NCBI GenBank assembly: GCA_963537175.1
Contig: CAUTDS010000005.1
Span: forward strand, 4,002 to 68,001
Source: an uncultured Actinomycetes bacterium
GTDB lineage: Bacteria > Actinomycetota > Actinomycetes > Actinomycetales > Actinomycetaceae
Length of the DNA stretch: 64,000 nucleotides
Direction: 5' to 3'
Below the pieces are notes generated by a model. That model did not search any database. It saw nothing but the letters and a program-made list of their open reading frames with translations, and was not told the DNA's origin. Of this stretch, positions 62,451 to 64,000 are shown in pieces; position 1 is the first letter of the stretch; the number at the start of each line of letters is the position of its first letter. The translations under genes and the position numbers were made by a program.

Positions 62451-63862
62451 GATTCCTCCTTCGCCTCACTGAATTCACGGTCGGCACGCAGGTTTCGCTC
62501 CTCGAAGAGCGCGACCATGATGAGACATGCGAGGCCGACTGCGGCTGATGCAAACAGGACGGTGAACGTCGATGACCAGCCGTGAAGGTGCCATCCGAGG
62601 ATCGTCACGCCGTCCTTCGTCGGGTCGGCAATGCGTCCGAGAAGAACCTTCGCCATGGAATCGCCGAAAACGTATCCGAACGCGCGGGGTACCGCGTTGA
62701 CGACCACGGTTGCGGTCTTCGGCGCGAAACCGATGACGCAGATGCCGATCAAGGTGACGGGGCCGAAGATGAGGAAGCCGATCATGAAGAGCGCGCCGTA
62801 GACGACAGGAGCCGTCGTTGCATGCGCGTACACGAAGAGCGGGATGACCACCGCGCCCATGCCGATAGCAGCGCTCAGGGCGCGCCGGCCGCCCATCTTG
62901 TCGGAGAAGTATCCCCACAGGAGGGAGCCGGCGAGGCCGCCGAGTTCGAGTGCAATGGTCGTGTTCACAGCGAGGTAGTCGGAGAAACCGAGCTCTTGCC
63001 GTGTGTAGAGCACATTCCAGTTGTCGATACCGATGCGCACGCAGTAGGCGGCGACGTTGGCGATGCAGAGGAACCAGACGGCCGGATTCTTCACGACGTA
63101 GTCGAGCAGGATGCGTCCCTTGGAGACGGAGCTGGTAACCGCGTCGGCCTTCGACTCGGGCTCGCCGAAGATTGCCTCGGGGGTGCTCCAACCCAGCTCC
63201 TTTGGGTCGTCCTTGCCGCAGAACCATCCCCATATGCCGATCGGGATGCAGATGACGGCAGGGACTATAAACATGCCGATGACTGATCCGTTGAACAGCG
63301 TGTTCGCACCCCAGAGCGCGAGCACGCCGGCCACCATCGCACCAATGTTGTGCGAGGCATTCCACCAGCCGATGAAGCGACCACGCAGGGCACGGGGCGT
63401 CCATCGGTTCATCGTCGAGTTGCAGCAGGGGCCTCCGGGAGCCTGGAACAGGCCATTGAGCGACCACAGGAGAATCATCCAGCCATATGGACTGTGGAAC
63501 CACGCGAGCACGAGGCCGATCAGGATCGATGTGACGCCCGAGGCGAGCAGCAGGGCTGAGATGACCTTCTTAGTGTTCTTGCCATCAATGAAAAAGCCCA
63601 GGATAAGCCCACCAAAGCCGTAGGTGAGCGAAAAGGCGAAGCCGATCGTGCCGAGCTGAGTAGTCGTCAGGCCGACCTGCTCGACGAGGAATGGCTGCGC
63701 AGACTTGAAGTTCGTCCGCAGCAGGTAGAAGCCGCCATACACGATGACGAGCACGGCGTACGTCTTCAGAAACTCCACGAGCCACTTTTTGCGTTGCTGT
63801 TCGAGCGTCAGGGACGTGGGTGGAGACTTACGAATATCGAAAATGCGGGATAGATGCGTCAT
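62447..63862 (-). CDS. MFS transporter, organophosphate:Pi antiporter (OPA; GlpT/UhpC/UhpT-like) family
   Basis: 12-TM MFS. The N-terminal YLLRTNFKSAQPFLVEQVGLTTTQLG resembles E. coli GlpT [25 protein letters not shown]. The ATG at 63862 is preceded by GGAGAG. Confidence 0.8.
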   Translation of the reverse strand: MTHLSRIFDIRKSPPTSLTLEQQRKKWLVEFLKTYAVLVIVYGGFYLLRTNFKSAQPFLVEQVGLTTTQLGTIGFAFSLTYGFGGLILGFFIDGKNTKKVISALLLASGVTSILIGLVLAWFHSPYGWMILLWSLNGLFQAPGGPCCNSTMNRWTPRALRGRFIGWWNASHNIGAMVAGVLALWGANTLFNGSVIGMFIVPAVICIPIGIWGWFCGKDDPKELGWSTPEAIFGEPESKADAVTSSVSKGRILLDYVVKNPAVWFLCIANVAAYCVRIGIDNWNVLYTRQELGFSDYLAVNTTIALELGGLAGSLLWGYFSDKMGGRRALSAAIGMGAVVIPLFVYAHATTAPVVYGALFMIGFLIFGPVTLIGICVIGFAPKTATVVVNAVPRAFGYVFGDSMAKVLLGRIADPTKDGVTILGWHLHGWSSTFTVLFASAAVGLACLIMVALFEERNLRADREFSEAKEES

Positions 63863-63935
63863 TGCTGTCTCTCCAGTGTTGTCTGTATACGCGGATGATG
63901 ATGGCAACGGTGCCATCGGCGTAACGCCAACAGAA

Positions 63936-63949
63936 TACAAGCGCTTACA
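63936..63949. promoter_or_regulatory. Candidate LacI-family operator upstream of the OPA-IMPase operon
   Basis: TACAAGCGCTTACA (minus strand TGTAAGCGCTTGTA) has a perfect AAGCGCTT core and resembles the generic LacI/GalR half-site pattern TGxAAxCGxTTxCA. It lies about 75-90 nt upstream of the transporter start. Confidence 0.3.
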
Positions 63950-64000
63950 TTCAGTGTCAAGGATCACTTGCGCCTGCTCATCATCAGTCATGAACGAGTG

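Overview
High-GC (roughly 65% by eye) actinobacterial chromosomal core region, densely packed with housekeeping genes. Gene order closely follows the Mycobacterium/Corynebacterium backbone. Left to right: yvcK(partial)-whiA-gap-pgk-tpiA-secG (+); pgl-opcA-zwf and tkt (-); xerD-parA-scpA-scpB-rluB-tyrA-cmk (+); a small rearranged block around tRNA-Pro(GGG) carrying a hypothetical membrane protein, a DUF421 protein, a bPH_2 protein, tag, der and a MurE-family ligase; pepN and the DUF881-sbp-DUF881-garA-ftsR-MerR cluster (+); a PAP2_3 gene with a lid-less Hsp70-like gene (-); rbpA (+); then one long minus-strand run: ppm1, lnt, helY, pafC, pafB, a riboswitch-controlled permease + binding protein, rpe, rsmB, fmt, priA, VKOR, metK, coaBC, rpoZ, gmk, mihF, pyrF, carB, carA, pyrC, pyrB, pyrR; and finally a LacI regulator with an inositol-monophosphatase-family gene and an OPA-family sugar-phosphate antiporter. 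I saw no CRISPR array, transposase, integrase, rRNA or recognisable defence island. Most long ORFs in the track that lie antisense to these genes are typical high-GC shadow ORFs. The most interesting items are these. (1) A clear FMN riboswitch (RFN element) drives an ATPase-less NMT1/THI5-type ABC permease + lipoprotein pair (RibXY-like). It sits exactly where related actinobacteria carry the riboflavin biosynthesis operon, after rpe. (2) A PAP2_3/Aur1-like membrane phosphotransferase is apparently co-transcribed with a truncated Hsp70-like ATPase, next to a perfect AT-rich 14-bp palindrome. (3) cmk-der synteny is broken around tRNA-Pro, with a 470-bp low-GC non-coding spacer. (4) An OPA antiporter and an IMPase-family phosphatase are translationally coupled, with a nearby LacI regulator and a candidate operator. 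None of these is strong evidence for a wholly new system; all functional calls rest on motif recognition by eye and need database confirmation.
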